This document shows, one piece after another, positions 28,854 through 38,709 of a stretch of DNA of 64,000 bases. Source of the DNA: Lachnospiraceae bacterium (GTDB taxonomy: Bacteria; Bacillota; Clostridia; Lachnospirales; Lachnospiraceae); contig JAKSRZ010000001.1 of NCBI GenBank assembly GCA_024403375.1, positions 11,303 to 75,302 on the forward strand, in the 5' to 3' direction. The notes under the pieces are model-generated. The model saw only the letters and a program-made list of their open reading frames with translations, was not told the DNA's origin and did no database searches. The translations under genes were made by a program, and so were the position numbers. Positions within the stretch are counted from its first letter, which is position 1. The number at the start of each line of letters is the position of its first letter.

Positions 28854-29978
28854 TCAGCCTATTGAATACCTTTCTCCCTTAACCACAACAACCTTAACTT
28901 CACCGTTTTCCCCAATATAAGTTGAGTTAGGCTTTATTGTGTCACGACTCTCAACGATGCAATTTTCAATATATGTATTGTCCCCGATATGAACATCATT
29001 AAGAATAATTGAATTCTTTATCGTGCAATTGTTACCAATGTAAACCTTTTTGAAGATAACCGAATCCTCTACTGTACCGTTAACGATGCAACCGCTGGAG
29101 ATAAGTGAATTTGAAACTCTTGCTCCGGGATTGTACTTAGCGGGAGGGTTATCATCAATTTTTGAATAAATATCAGGATATTCTTTGAAGAAATAGTCAT
29201 GAACCGATTTCTTCAGGAAATCCTTATTTGCATTGAAATACGCTTCAACAGTGGATATGTTTGTCCAGTAGCTGTCCATATCATAAGCATAAATATGCTT
29301 AACGTCCTTATAACGGATGAGCACATCCTGCACGAAGTCATGTCTGTCTTCCTCCTGAAGAGTCTCAAGGAGTTCAATCAGCTGTCTTCTTCTGATGATA
29401 TATATTCCGGCGGATACTCTGTTGGACTTTGATACGAGAGGTTTTTCCTCCATATCGATAATACGATTGTCGGAATCAACCTTTACTGTACCGAATCTTG
29501 ATACGTCTTCATCCTCAGGCATAACCTTTGTAACCACTGTAATATCCGCACGCTTTGCGATGTGGTACTCAAGAACCTTGTTGTAGTCCATCTTGTAGAC
29601 ACAGTCACCGTGAGCAATTACTACATAGGGCTCATGGCTGTTTTTTAAGAATGAAAGGTTCTGTGCAATTGCATCTGCTGTACCCTGATACCAGAAACCG
29701 TTTTCCGGAGTAATGGTAGGTGTGAAAACATAAAGACCACCCTGCTTACGTCCGAAATCCCACCATTTTGATGAACTGAGGTGTTCGTTCAGTGATCTTG
29801 AATTGTACTGTGTAAGAACCGCTACCTTCTGTACATGAGAATTTGACATGTTGGAAAGTACGAAGTCAATTGCGCGATAGCTTCCGCCGATCGGCATAGC
29901 TGCGATGGCACGCTTGTTTGAAAGCTCACGCATTTTGGCGCTGTTACCGCCTGCTAAGATAATACCGACTGCTCTCAT
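28854..29978 (-). CDS. glgD: glucose-1-phosphate adenylyltransferase regulatory subunit GlgD
   Basis: 374-aa paralogue of GlgC that lacks the GGxGxR loop ([14 protein letters not shown]). It follows glgC with a 4-nt overlap. Confidence 0.85.
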   Translation of the reverse strand: MRAVGIILAGGNSAKMRELSNKRAIAAMPIGGSYRAIDFVLSNMSNSHVQKVAVLTQYNSRSLNEHLSSSKWWDFGRKQGGLYVFTPTITPENGFWYQGTADAIAQNLSFLKNSHEPYVVIAHGDCVYKMDYNKVLEYHIAKRADITVVTKVMPEDEDVSRFGTVKVDSDNRIIDMEEKPLVSKSNRVSAGIYIIRRRQLIELLETLQEEDRHDFVQDVLIRYKDVKHIYAYDMDSYWTNISTVEAYFNANKDFLKKSVHDYFFKEYPDIYSKIDDNPPAKYNPGARVSNSLISSGCIVNGTVEDSVIFKKVYIGNNCTIKNSIILNDVHIGDNTYIENCIVESRDTIKPNSTYIGENGEVKVVVVKGERYSIG

Positions 29979-31249
29979 TGTATGCCACCTGCCTTTATAA
30001 TATTTTCTCCTGAAGGAAGCTCTCCTCCATTGTAATCCTCAGGCATTGTTGCACCGCTTAATGCTGTGTTCTTGCCGATTTTTACGTTATCGGGAATAAT
30101 TGTAGCTTCGCCGATTGTTACAAGACCGCCTGCATAAATATCAGGCTTCCACTTATTGGGTTCCTCGTTACCTATACCAATCTGTACGTTGTTTCCGATA
30201 CCGCAGCTCTCCGCAATAATAGCCTTTTCAACATAGCAGTTATCTCCAATAACAGTATCTCTCATGATGATTGAGTCACGAACAACCGTACCCTTGCCGA
30301 TTACAACGCCGGGACCGATTACCGACTTATAAACTTCACCATAAATCTCAGCACCTTCGCTTATAATGGCAGTTTCCACAACTGCACCGGGTGCGATGTA
30401 CTGAGGAGGAATTATGTCCGTCTTTGTGTAAATCTTCCAGAATTCTTCGTAAAGGTTAAATTCAGGAACAATATCGATAAGCTCCATGTTGGATTCCCAA
30501 TATGAAGAAAGTGTTCCTACATCCTTCCAATAGCCATTAAATTCATATGCGAAAATTCTCTGACCGTTCTTGTGGCAGTAAGGAATAATATGCTTACCGA
30601 AGTCACAACCGGGCTGTTCGGAAAGAGCAATAAGTGCATCCTTAAGAACCTTCCAGCTGAAGATGTAAATACCCATTGATGCAAGATTGCTTCTTGGCTG
30701 CTTGGGCTTTTCTTCAAAGTCAACAATTCTGCCATCATCATCGGTAATAACAATACCGAAACGACTTGCTTCCTCGATGGGAACGGGAATTGTTGCAAGG
30801 GTAATATCCGCATTGTGAGCCTTATGATAATCAAGTACTACTTCGTAATCCATCTTGTAGATGTGGTCACCGCCGAGAATCATAACGTAGTCAGGATTGT
30901 AATATTCCATATAACGAAGATTCTGATAGATTGCGTTTGCTGTACCTGTGTACCATTCTGTGTTTGTGCTCTTTTCGTAAGGTGGAAGTATAGAGACACC
31001 ACCTACGTTACGGTCAAGATCCCACGGAATACCGATTCCTATGTGAGTATTAAGTCTGAGAGGCTGATACTGTGTCAGAACACCTACGGTATCTACACCT
31101 GAATTTATACAGTTACTGAGTGCAAAGTCGATGATTCTGTATTTACCGCCGAACGGAACTGCCGGCTTTGCAAGTCCCGAAGTAAGGACGCCAAGTCTGG
31201 AGCCCTGTCCTCCTGCAAGGAGCATGGCAATCATCTCTTTTTTAATCAT
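29975..31249 (-). CDS. glgC: glucose-1-phosphate adenylyltransferase
   Basis: 424-aa ORF with [35 protein letters not shown] and a C-terminal left-handed beta-helix. Confidence 0.95.
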   Translation of the reverse strand: MIKKEMIAMLLAGGQGSRLGVLTSGLAKPAVPFGGKYRIIDFALSNCINSGVDTVGVLTQYQPLRLNTHIGIGIPWDLDRNVGGVSILPPYEKSTNTEWYTGTANAIYQNLRYMEYYNPDYVMILGGDHIYKMDYEVVLDYHKAHNADITLATIPVPIEEASRFGIVITDDDGRIVDFEEKPKQPRSNLASMGIYIFSWKVLKDALIALSEQPGCDFGKHIIPYCHKNGQRIFAYEFNGYWKDVGTLSSYWESNMELIDIVPEFNLYEEFWKIYTKTDIIPPQYIAPGAVVETAIISEGAEIYGEVYKSVIGPGVVIGKGTVVRDSIIMRDTVIGDNCYVEKAIIAESCGIGNNVQIGIGNEEPNKWKPDIYAGGLVTIGEATIIPDNVKIGKNTALSGATMPEDYNGGELPSGENIIKAGGIQ

Positions 31250-31300
31250 GTCTGTCCCTCCTGATGTCGCATTTTATACGCAGAGCGCGTACATAATTTG

Positions 31301-31328
31301 ATTATAGCATATATTCACTTTATTACAA
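31301..31328 (-). promoter_or_regulatory. extended -10 promoter of glgCD
   Basis: On the minus strand, TTGTAA-16 nt-(TGC)TATAAT, about 50 nt upstream of the glgC ATG. Confidence 0.4.
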
Positions 31329-31434
31329 CAAAACCATGAATTTTTTCTAAAAAGAAAGAATTTCGGTAAAACGTTTCACTATATTTTGTTGAGCCTTTTC
31401 ATTTGTTCATACAATGCCACTTTCGGTCCTCATC

Positions 31435-31462
31435 TAAAGAAAATGGTCATAATTGCCGATAA
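31435..31462 (+). promoter_or_regulatory. SigD (sigma-28)-type flagellar promoter
   Basis: TAAA-16 nt-GCCGATAA versus the B. subtilis SigD consensus TAAA-N15-GCCGATAT. It lies 78 nt upstream of the 1033-aa ORF. Confidence 0.6.
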
Positions 31463-31539
31463 AGAATTCGGGTGGAGTATCCACTTTTAATAAAAATATG
31501 ACTTAATTTAAGCTATTACACTCACTTGAGAGGTAGTTA

Positions 31540-34500
31540 ATGAACATACACAACGCACTGAATTCATACGGAATAAACGGCACAGAACCCCAGTCTCCTT
31601 CCTTGGACGAAGCACTGTTCAAAAATGCCGGAAAGGTCAGCGGAACATCAAAAAGCGACTTCTCCAAAAGCATGGAAGATGCCTTCAGCAGCTCCGAAAC
31701 CATAAAGGACTCAGCCAAAACTTCAGAGCTTTACAGAAAGAAAAATGCTCAGGAGCAGATAACCGCAGAGGAAGACAATCGCACTGAGGCAGAGAAAAAT
31801 CAGGACCGTCTTGATAATGTTTCCGACAGAATGTCATCCTCCGATATGGAAGAATTGATCAATGAAGGTTTTGACGTTTTTGCTATGACCGCTGAGCAAT
31901 TAGAAGCCGCCTTGGAAAGAATCAAGCTTCAGAAGGATTTGCAGGCAGCCTCCATAGAGGCTCAGGTTGAAAACAAGCAGGAAGACAGACGGGCAATCAT
32001 TGCCATGGCCGTTAAGGTACTAGGCGGAAATCCCATGGCAGAACGAATTGCCGAAAAACTTCTCAAAGCCAACCTGCCTGTGACAGAAGGAAATCTTCAG
32101 AAAATCGCTGCAAGTCTCGATGCAATGGGTTCTGAAACTTCCCTCAGTAAATCAGAAGTGGAGTACATGGTTCGTAATAAGATGGCTCCGACTCCTGAAA
32201 ACATTGCCGAAGCACGAATCGGTGCAAAAAACTATTCGAAACCTGACAAGGTTCTGACCGACGAGGCATGGGCACAGCTGGAACCCACAGTCAACAATAT
32301 GCTGTTCCAGGCGGGCCTTCGAAGCGGAAAGCAGATGATGGAAGCCGCAAAGGATTTCATCAGAAAGGATATTCCTCTTACCGCAGAAAACCTTCAGTCC
32401 TACAGCAAAATTTCCGCCATCAGAATAAGCGTTGAGGAAACCCTCACACGTTCGGTAGATGCTATTTCCGTAGGACGTAATCCTATGCAGATGAATCTCC
32501 TGTCATCCACTGACAAGCAGGTTCGTCAGATTATCAAAAACAATGACAACGTAACAGATAAGGGCATTGAGCTTGCTGTAGCCACAAAGGCTGCACGCAC
32601 GGGTGTTCTTAATCCTGATAAAATAGAGCTTTCACTGGGAGATCTGCATGAAGCGGAAGAAGCACTCGCTTCCCCCTCTCCTGAAGTCTCAAGAACTCTG
32701 GAAAGCTACAGAAGTGCCGGTCTCGGAAACGGTGCCGCCATCCGTGCCCGCCGCCAGTTGGAAGAAATCAAGGCAAAAATGACCTTCGAAGCCGGCTATC
32801 GTCTTGCAAAAGAGGGCGTAAAGATTGATGCAGTTGCAATGAACAAGCTTATTGAGGGCCTCCGTTCATTGGAAAATCGATATTATTCCAGCTTCTTTAC
32901 TGAGGCAGGAATGGCTCCCGGCTCCTATACACAGGCTGATGTGGACCTGCTTAAGGACACCACCGAAAAGCTGGCAGACATCGAAAACATGCCGGCCACC
33001 CTCGTATATGATACGGTAAACTCAGCAAGCTCGATTACAATCAATGAGCTTCACGAAGAAGGCAGTCTTGAACAGCAGCGTGCCTTTGGAAAATATGCTC
33101 ATACTCTTGAAACAGTAATGACAGCTCCGGAAGGAAAATACGGAGACAGCATAGAAAAGGCATTTAAGAACGTTGACTCCCTGCTGACTCAGGCAGGTAT
33201 CCCGGTTACGGAAGAATCCAGACGAGCAACCAGAATACTTGGATACGCTTCAGCTGAAATCAATGCGGAAAATATCAGCAAGGTTACTGAATATGACGCA
33301 AAGCTTCAGGATGTTTTTTCAAACCTGCATCCCGCAGTCACAGTAAGAATGATCAGGGATGGAATCAATCCATTAAATTCAACTCTTGATGAGCTCAACA
33401 ATAAGATTCGAGAGATTAAGGAAAACGAGGGAATCACATCGGATGATACCTTCTCCACCTTCCTTGTAAACCTTGATAAAAAGGGCGAACTCTCAGCCTC
33501 TGAACGAGACGCATACATCGCAATATACAAGGCATTACATCAGATTCAGGATTCCGAAGAAGCTGCTGTGGGAAATGTCTTTAAGTCCGGTCAGGAACCC
33601 ACGTTGCACGGTCTCCTCACCGCGGTACGTTCAGGAAAATTTGCCGGCAGTGACGCACTTATTGATGACACCTTCAAAAACGTCTCCAAGCTCGCTACCG
33701 ACGTGGATCGCATCGAAAATAAAATCCGTGCCGGTCTTGGCAAATCAACAGGTCCGGAGGCGGAAGCTCTAAACAAAGTGGTGGAACGTGCCGATAATGT
33801 TATGAAAGAATTAACGGAAGATGTTCACATCACGGCTGAGGACTGGGTGCTTAACATAAGGGACCTGGCCGCAACAAGTGAAAATGCCACACGTTTCCTT
33901 GAAGACTTCAATGTGCTTACAACAATGGAAAATATTGAAGCCGCAAAGGATATGCTCAGTGGTAAAAACGAAATCTACCATTCTTATAAAAAATACAAAA
34001 CCATGGCAACGGGCGAAAGCGGAATTCTGCCGGATCTGACAGAAAGTCTTAACAGTGCAGAGGAAATGCAGGCAGCATATAAAGCTTTTGCAGATGAAGT
34101 AAAAGGCATAAAAACCGCACTCCAGCGTTCCCCGGAAATGACCAAACTGGATGTTCGTGCACTTAAGAAGATGGATGTTGGTGCAAGGTTCATGAATCGT
34201 CTCAGCAAACGTGAATTCTACACAATTCCGGTAGATACCGGCGACGAAATCATCAATATGAACGTTACAATCCTTAATAACGAAGAGCAGCAGAGCTCCA
34301 AAGTTCTTGTATCTGTTCCGACACTTCATCTGGGAACGATACGAGCAGAGGCTTCCATCGAAGAAAACAAGATGAAATGCTTCATATCAGGTGACTCCAA
34401 CGATGGTGTCCGCGAGCTTTCGGAAAAGCAGCTGAATCTCTTCGCAGAGCTGGCTCAGAATGGTATCCGTATCGGAAGCATATACTACGGCACAGAGGAA

Positions 34501-34641
34501 GTTCCCGCCGAAAGATATGCATACAAAACAAACGGAGCTTATCAGGACGTTCCCGAAGGGGACGGACAAGGAAGTCCCAATGAGCTTTACAGAATCGCAA
34601 AGGTATTTGTTACCCACGTCAGACAGGCCGATTTAGGCTGA
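31540..34641 (+). CDS. 1033-aa unassigned protein of the flagellin operon (charged, helical; FliK-like C-terminal pattern)
   Basis: Long uninterrupted ORF with ATG after GAGAGG. No TM or signal peptide. Its stop is 13 nt before the flagellin ATG. See findings. Confidence 0.8.
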   Translation: MNIHNALNSYGINGTEPQSPSLDEALFKNAGKVSGTSKSDFSKSMEDAFSSSETIKDSAKTSELYRKKNAQEQITAEEDNRTEAEKNQDRLDNVSDRMSSSDMEELINEGFDVFAMTAEQLEAALERIKLQKDLQAASIEAQVENKQEDRRAIIAMAVKVLGGNPMAERIAEKLLKANLPVTEGNLQKIAASLDAMGSETSLSKSEVEYMVRNKMAPTPENIAEARIGAKNYSKPDKVLTDEAWAQLEPTVNNMLFQAGLRSGKQMMEAAKDFIRKDIPLTAENLQSYSKISAIRISVEETLTRSVDAISVGRNPMQMNLLSSTDKQVRQIIKNNDNVTDKGIELAVATKAARTGVLNPDKIELSLGDLHEAEEALASPSPEVSRTLESYRSAGLGNGAAIRARRQLEEIKAKMTFEAGYRLAKEGVKIDAVAMNKLIEGLRSLENRYYSSFFTEAGMAPGSYTQADVDLLKDTTEKLADIENMPATLVYDTVNSASSITINELHEEGSLEQQRAFGKYAHTLETVMTAPEGKYGDSIEKAFKNVDSLLTQAGIPVTEESRRATRILGYASAEINAENISKVTEYDAKLQDVFSNLHPAVTVRMIRDGINPLNSTLDELNNKIREIKENEGITSDDTFSTFLVNLDKKGELSASERDAYIAIYKALHQIQDSEEAAVGNVFKSGQEPTLHGLLTAVRSGKFAGSDALIDDTFKNVSKLATDVDRIENKIRAGLGKSTGPEAEALNKVVERADNVMKELTEDVHITAEDWVLNIRDLAATSENATRFLEDFNVLTTMENIEAAKDMLSGKNEIYHSYKKYKTMATGESGILPDLTESLNSAEEMQAAYKAFADEVKGIKTALQRSPEMTKLDVRALKKMDVGARFMNRLSKREFYTIPVDTGDEIINMNVTILNNEEQQSSKVLVSVPTLHLGTIRAEASIEENKMKCFISGDSNDGVRELSEKQLNLFAELAQNGIRIGSIYYGTEEVPAERYAYKTNGAYQDVPEGDGQGSPNELYRIAKVFVTHVRQADLG

Positions 34642-34654
34642 TCAGGAGGTATAC

Positions 34655-36115
34655 ATGAGAATAAACCACAACATATCAGCACTCAAAATCAACAACATTC
34701 TTAACGGAAACGATGCAGGCCTTACAAAGAGCCTCCAGAGACTTTCTTCCGGTTATCGCATCAATTGTGCAGCAGATGACGCCGCAGGCCTTGCGATTTC
34801 CGAGAAAATGAAGACACAGATTGCCGGACTTAATCAGGCATCCAGAAATGCTTCCGACGGAATTTCCGTTATCCAGACAGCTGAAGGTGCATTAATCGAG
34901 GTTGAGGAAATGCTTCAGCGTATGCGTGAGCTTTCCGTACAGGCTTCAAACGGAACCTGCACAGACGAAGACCGTTCCACTCTTCAGGATGAAGTTGTAC
35001 AGCTTAAGGAAGAAATCAATCGTATATCCACAACTACAGAGTTCAATACAAAGAAGCTCCTTAACGGCACAATCGACAGACGTTCCTATTCTGACAACAG
35101 CGATGTGACACTCGTTTCTCTTTCCGACAGCGTAGGCGTTAAGAGCTATTCCATGAGAATCGGTGATGATCCCAAGCAGGCAGTTGTCCGCACAGGCCTC
35201 ACATCACCTACGGCTCCTGCAGACGGCACACTCTTCGTTAATGATCAGGCTATAGATATTTCCGCAGGGGACGACTTAAATACAATCATTTCCAAGATTC
35301 AGGCAGGTTGCGGAAGTGGCGTTGATGTTTATCTCACCAACAATACGCCCGACCCGGATTCTGCCGCAGGATTTGAAATCATTTCCGTTGGTGAGGCACT
35401 TGCTGATCTTTCAAATGCAAATCTCACCCTTGTAACAAAGGACTTCGGTAAGGATGCAAAGCTTGAAGTAGCTTGTTCCAACGCTGACCTTGGAGATATG
35501 CTCGGTCTTACAGGAAAGGGCATGTTAACTACAGGTGCAGACACAAGTGTAACCCTCTTCTTTGAAGGTGATGCAACCTATCCGGATTCAGGCTTTGAAA
35601 AGACTGCCACAGTAACTGTGGACGGTGATTATGTTACCGTAAAAGACAGAGGCGGCTTCGAAATGAAGTTTAATGTAACAAGTGCAGTCGGCGACGTTAC
35701 CGTAACAGTTTTGAAGGCCGGTCCCATGACTCTTCAGATTGGTGCAAATGAGGGTCAGACCATGGAGGTCCGCATCCCCAGAATCGATACTGTATCTCTT
35801 GAAATCGTAGACGCCGATCTTTCTACACAGAGCGGTGCGATGGAAGCCATTACAACCTTTGATAACGCAGTAAACATCGTTTCTGCAGCTCGTGCAAAGC
35901 TTGGTGCATATCAGAATCGTCTTGATCATGCAATCAACAGCCTTGATACTTCAGCAGAAAACCTTACTGAGGCTCTTTCCCGTATTCAGGATACTGATAT
36001 GGCAAGCGAAATGGCTAATTATTCACAGCTTCAGGTTCTTGTTCAGGCTGCCACCGCTATGCTTTCTCAGGCAAACGAGAGACCTCAGAATGTTTTGAAC
36101 CTGCTCCAGTCATAA
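34655..36115 (+). CDS. fliC: flagellin
   Basis: 486-aa ORF. It has the conserved N-terminus MRINHNISALKI...LSSGYRINCAADDAAGLAISEKM and the C-terminus AKLGAYQNRLDHAINSLD...LQVLVQAATAMLSQAN around a variable core. RBS AGGAGG. Confidence 0.95.
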   Translation: MRINHNISALKINNILNGNDAGLTKSLQRLSSGYRINCAADDAAGLAISEKMKTQIAGLNQASRNASDGISVIQTAEGALIEVEEMLQRMRELSVQASNGTCTDEDRSTLQDEVVQLKEEINRISTTTEFNTKKLLNGTIDRRSYSDNSDVTLVSLSDSVGVKSYSMRIGDDPKQAVVRTGLTSPTAPADGTLFVNDQAIDISAGDDLNTIISKIQAGCGSGVDVYLTNNTPDPDSAAGFEIISVGEALADLSNANLTLVTKDFGKDAKLEVACSNADLGDMLGLTGKGMLTTGADTSVTLFFEGDATYPDSGFEKTATVTVDGDYVTVKDRGGFEMKFNVTSAVGDVTVTVLKAGPMTLQIGANEGQTMEVRIPRIDTVSLEIVDADLSTQSGAMEAITTFDNAVNIVSAARAKLGAYQNRLDHAINSLDTSAENLTEALSRIQDTDMASEMANYSQLQVLVQAATAMLSQANERPQNVLNLLQS

Positions 36116-36144
36116 TTTGAGACTCTATCATTAAAAGGTGACCT

Positions 36145-36624
36145 ATGACCAAAGAAGAAATCAAGTCTTTTACATTAAGAACAACCGAAGCTAATTCCTG
36201 CGACTTAATTGTTATCCTTTATGATGTTATTCTTACGGATGTAAAGAACGCACGGATTGCTTTCCGCCAAAAAAATTATGAGAGTTACAGACATGAGTTG
36301 AACCATGCAACAAGGTTTTTGAACGAGCTTATGAGATGTCTTGATTATAATATTCCTCTTTCCGTAAATCTTTACAGCCTGTATGCCTATCTGAATCAGC
36401 GTATTTCATATGCAACAGCCGGAAATCATCCGGAGGCTCTGGATATTGTGGACGATGTAATCGGAAAGCTCAGAGACGCTTTTGATACCATCGCCAAGGA
36501 TGATGTTGGCGGTCCTATGATGAAAAACACTCAGACTGTATACGCAGGACTTACATACGGAAGAGGCGTTTTGAACGAAACATATGTTGATCCAAGAGAT
36601 TATAATCGTGGATTCAATGCTTAA
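36145..36624 (+). CDS. fliS: flagellin-specific export chaperone FliS
   Basis: 159-aa ORF directly after flagellin. It shows a FliS-like helical bundle pattern (DLIVILYDVILTDVKNA...ATRFLNELMRCLD...LYSLYAYLNQRI). Confidence 0.75.
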   Translation: MTKEEIKSFTLRTTEANSCDLIVILYDVILTDVKNARIAFRQKNYESYRHELNHATRFLNELMRCLDYNIPLSVNLYSLYAYLNQRISYATAGNHPEALDIVDDVIGKLRDAFDTIAKDDVGGPMMKNTQTVYAGLTYGRGVLNETYVDPRDYNRGFNA

Positions 36625-36654
36625 TTATACAATATACGCCGCAAGGCACAAAAA

Positions 36655-36696
36655 CAGAAACGGTGGGCGATAAATCGTCCACCGTTTCTGCGTTTA
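36655..36696 (+). terminator. terminator after fliS
   Basis: CAGAAACGGUGG-12 nt loop-CCACCGUUUCUG is a perfect 12-bp stem. The trailing U-tract is weak (CGUUUA). Confidence 0.5.
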
Positions 36697-36864
36697 GGGT
36701 TTATATTAAAAAAGCATCTTGTAGGCTGTTTTGAAACCCAACATTGCAATTTCTGTCTTTTCGTAAATTTTATTAACAAATGCTTGTATTTTTATACTAA
36801 CTCATTACAATATATTTGCAAGGGACAGAGTTGTCCGATATTGGGTTTGTATGAGGGAAAAAGA

Positions 36865-38646
36865 ATGGGGAATATTACGAAAAAGGATGATTTTTGTCAG
36901 ACTCTTTTAAGGTTGCGCGCAGAGAAAAAAATATCGATCCATGAATTAACCAACAAGGTCTGCAGTGAAAGTCTCCTTAGAAAACTTGAAGCCGGTGATC
37001 GACAGGCCACTCTTATGGTAAAAGCGAGAATAATGAAGCGTCTTGGGGAAGACAGCGACAAGTTTGATCGCTACTTGAACGTTAATGAGTATGGCAGATG
37101 GATTATCAGGCAGAAAATCATCACCGCGCTTTTGGAAAAGGACACTTCCAAAACTGATTCTTATATCAATGAATATTATCGAACCTATAAAAAACCTTCC
37201 GACATTGTTGAAGCTCAGTTTCTTGCCCTTGTAAAGGCTGAACGAGCCGCCCTGGAGTCTACCGATCAGGCAGAACTTCAACGAATGTTCGAAGAGGTTC
37301 GCGATATGTCACTTACCGTAGACGAAAACGGGGTTCCCAATTCCAAGCTTGTTTCTTCTGTAGAATTGCATCTTGTAATGGACTGTGCTGCCTTCTATGA
37401 TGTGGAGAAAAAAAATAAAATATGGCAGTATATTTTTGATATTTGCAAGGATGAAAGCCGTTCAAATGTTGAGCTCTCTCTTTTTGCACCAAGAGCATTA
37501 TATCTCAGATGCACTAATACAATTAATTCCGAGGTTGTCACAAGTGACATTGCCAAAGGTATTGTAGAAGTAATCGAGCTTTCCATTAAAAAACTTGTTT
37601 CTGCAGGACGTCTCTATTACCTAAAAGAGCTGTTGGATGTACTTATTCACTTTTGCAAGGTCATTAATGAACCGGAATATGATGTGAAAATCCAGAATGC
37701 CTCCGAGTACCTTCAGCTTCTTTGCTGGATTGAAAAATTAACCGGAACTGAACTAACGCCACGTATTACTTCATTTTTCTTTTCCGACAGAACCGTATTC
37801 CCTTTAGGACAGGTCATTCAGAGAAGACGTCGAATGATGGGCATTTCAGTAGGACAGGCCTGCGAAAGCATATGCGATCCTAAGACATTAAGAAGAGTTG
37901 AGGCACTGAAAACAAATATTCAGCAGGATATCGCCTCTGAGCTTCTGGACAGGCTTCATCTCTGCAAGGACTTAGAGCATCACACTATGAGCACCAGAGG
38001 TCAGCGCCATGCCATGCTTGACAATTATGTTGTTCAAGCCTACAGAAATAAGAACTTTGAATCGGCGATGAAATATTTAGATGAGTCAATGGAGTTTTAT
38101 GACATGGAACTCACCGAGAGCAAACAATTTTTCCGACGTCATCGTGCTATAATAAACTACGCTTGGGGGAAAATATCCGTCCGGGAATATGCTGACGAAC
38201 TGCTTCAATCATTGTATTATTCTCTTCCATCGCAGGTTATGCCGCTTAGAGATATTTTCCTTAACCGAGAAGAGCAAAGCACCCTTTTCAATTATCTGAC
38301 TGTTCGCGATAATCCCTATGTCGAATCAGCCTTTATTCTTGAAAAGAACCGTCTGGAACATGATCGCCGTGAGGTTGGTCTTTCCTTTGACGCCCGTGCT
38401 TACGATGTTACTTTGCTTGGACTTATTATTTCCGCAGAACGTCGCGGTGACTATGTCAGCATGGCGCAGCTCTCTGTTACGCTATTGAAAACCGCCATGG
38501 AAAATCAGCGGTGCCAGCAGATAGTCGGTGGTTTGGCGAATCTTAAGACGAGTCTCGAAAACCTTCCCGAAGACAGTCGCATTGCGTCCTTAGACGAAGT
38601 AAACAACATGCTTCGGATTGCTTTGGAACATTTCGGTTTACATTAA
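36865..38646 (+). CDS. transcriptional regulator with two tandem XRE-type HTH + helical-repeat modules (RNPP/PlcR-like pattern)
   Basis: Start trimmed to the ATG at 36865 (RBS GAGGGA). HTH-like segments lie at nt 36889-37047 and 37798-37959. See findings. Confidence 0.7.
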   Translation: MGNITKKDDFCQTLLRLRAEKKISIHELTNKVCSESLLRKLEAGDRQATLMVKARIMKRLGEDSDKFDRYLNVNEYGRWIIRQKIITALLEKDTSKTDSYINEYYRTYKKPSDIVEAQFLALVKAERAALESTDQAELQRMFEEVRDMSLTVDENGVPNSKLVSSVELHLVMDCAAFYDVEKKNKIWQYIFDICKDESRSNVELSLFAPRALYLRCTNTINSEVVTSDIAKGIVEVIELSIKKLVSAGRLYYLKELLDVLIHFCKVINEPEYDVKIQNASEYLQLLCWIEKLTGTELTPRITSFFFSDRTVFPLGQVIQRRRRMMGISVGQACESICDPKTLRRVEALKTNIQQDIASELLDRLHLCKDLEHHTMSTRGQRHAMLDNYVVQAYRNKNFESAMKYLDESMEFYDMELTESKQFFRRHRAIINYAWGKISVREYADELLQSLYYSLPSQVMPLRDIFLNREEQSTLFNYLTVRDNPYVESAFILEKNRLEHDRREVGLSFDARAYDVTLLGLIISAERRGDYVSMAQLSVTLLKTAMENQRCQQIVGGLANLKTSLENLPEDSRIASLDEVNNMLRIALEHFGLH

Positions 38647-38656
38647 TAGCATAAGA

Positions 38657-38704
38657 ATAAAAACGGCCTTACTGTATTTGTGATACGGTAAGGCCTGATT
38701 TTAT
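38657..38704. terminator. bidirectional terminator between the regulator and the MFS gene
   Basis: GGCCUUACUGUA-7 nt loop-UACGGUAAGGCC, flanked by an A-run on the left and a U-rich tract on the right. Confidence 0.55.
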
Positions 38705-38709
38705 GGATT

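Noticed and set aside
33811-34329. 172-aa minus-strand ORF inside the 1033-aa gene, and similar antisense ORFs in the GT gene (60350-60841, 61210-61809) and the natA gene (7278-7703)
   Set aside because: These are shadow ORFs opposite strongly supported genes, with no RBS and implausible Cys/Phe-rich composition.
34627-34634. Additional SigD -10-like boxes (GCCGATTT at 34627; GCCGATAA rc at 23529-23536 inside mfd; TCCGATAT at 36834)
   Set aside because: None has a TAAA -35 element at 15-16 nt spacing. The one in mfd is deep inside coding sequence. They are mentioned only as weak hints in the relevant findings.
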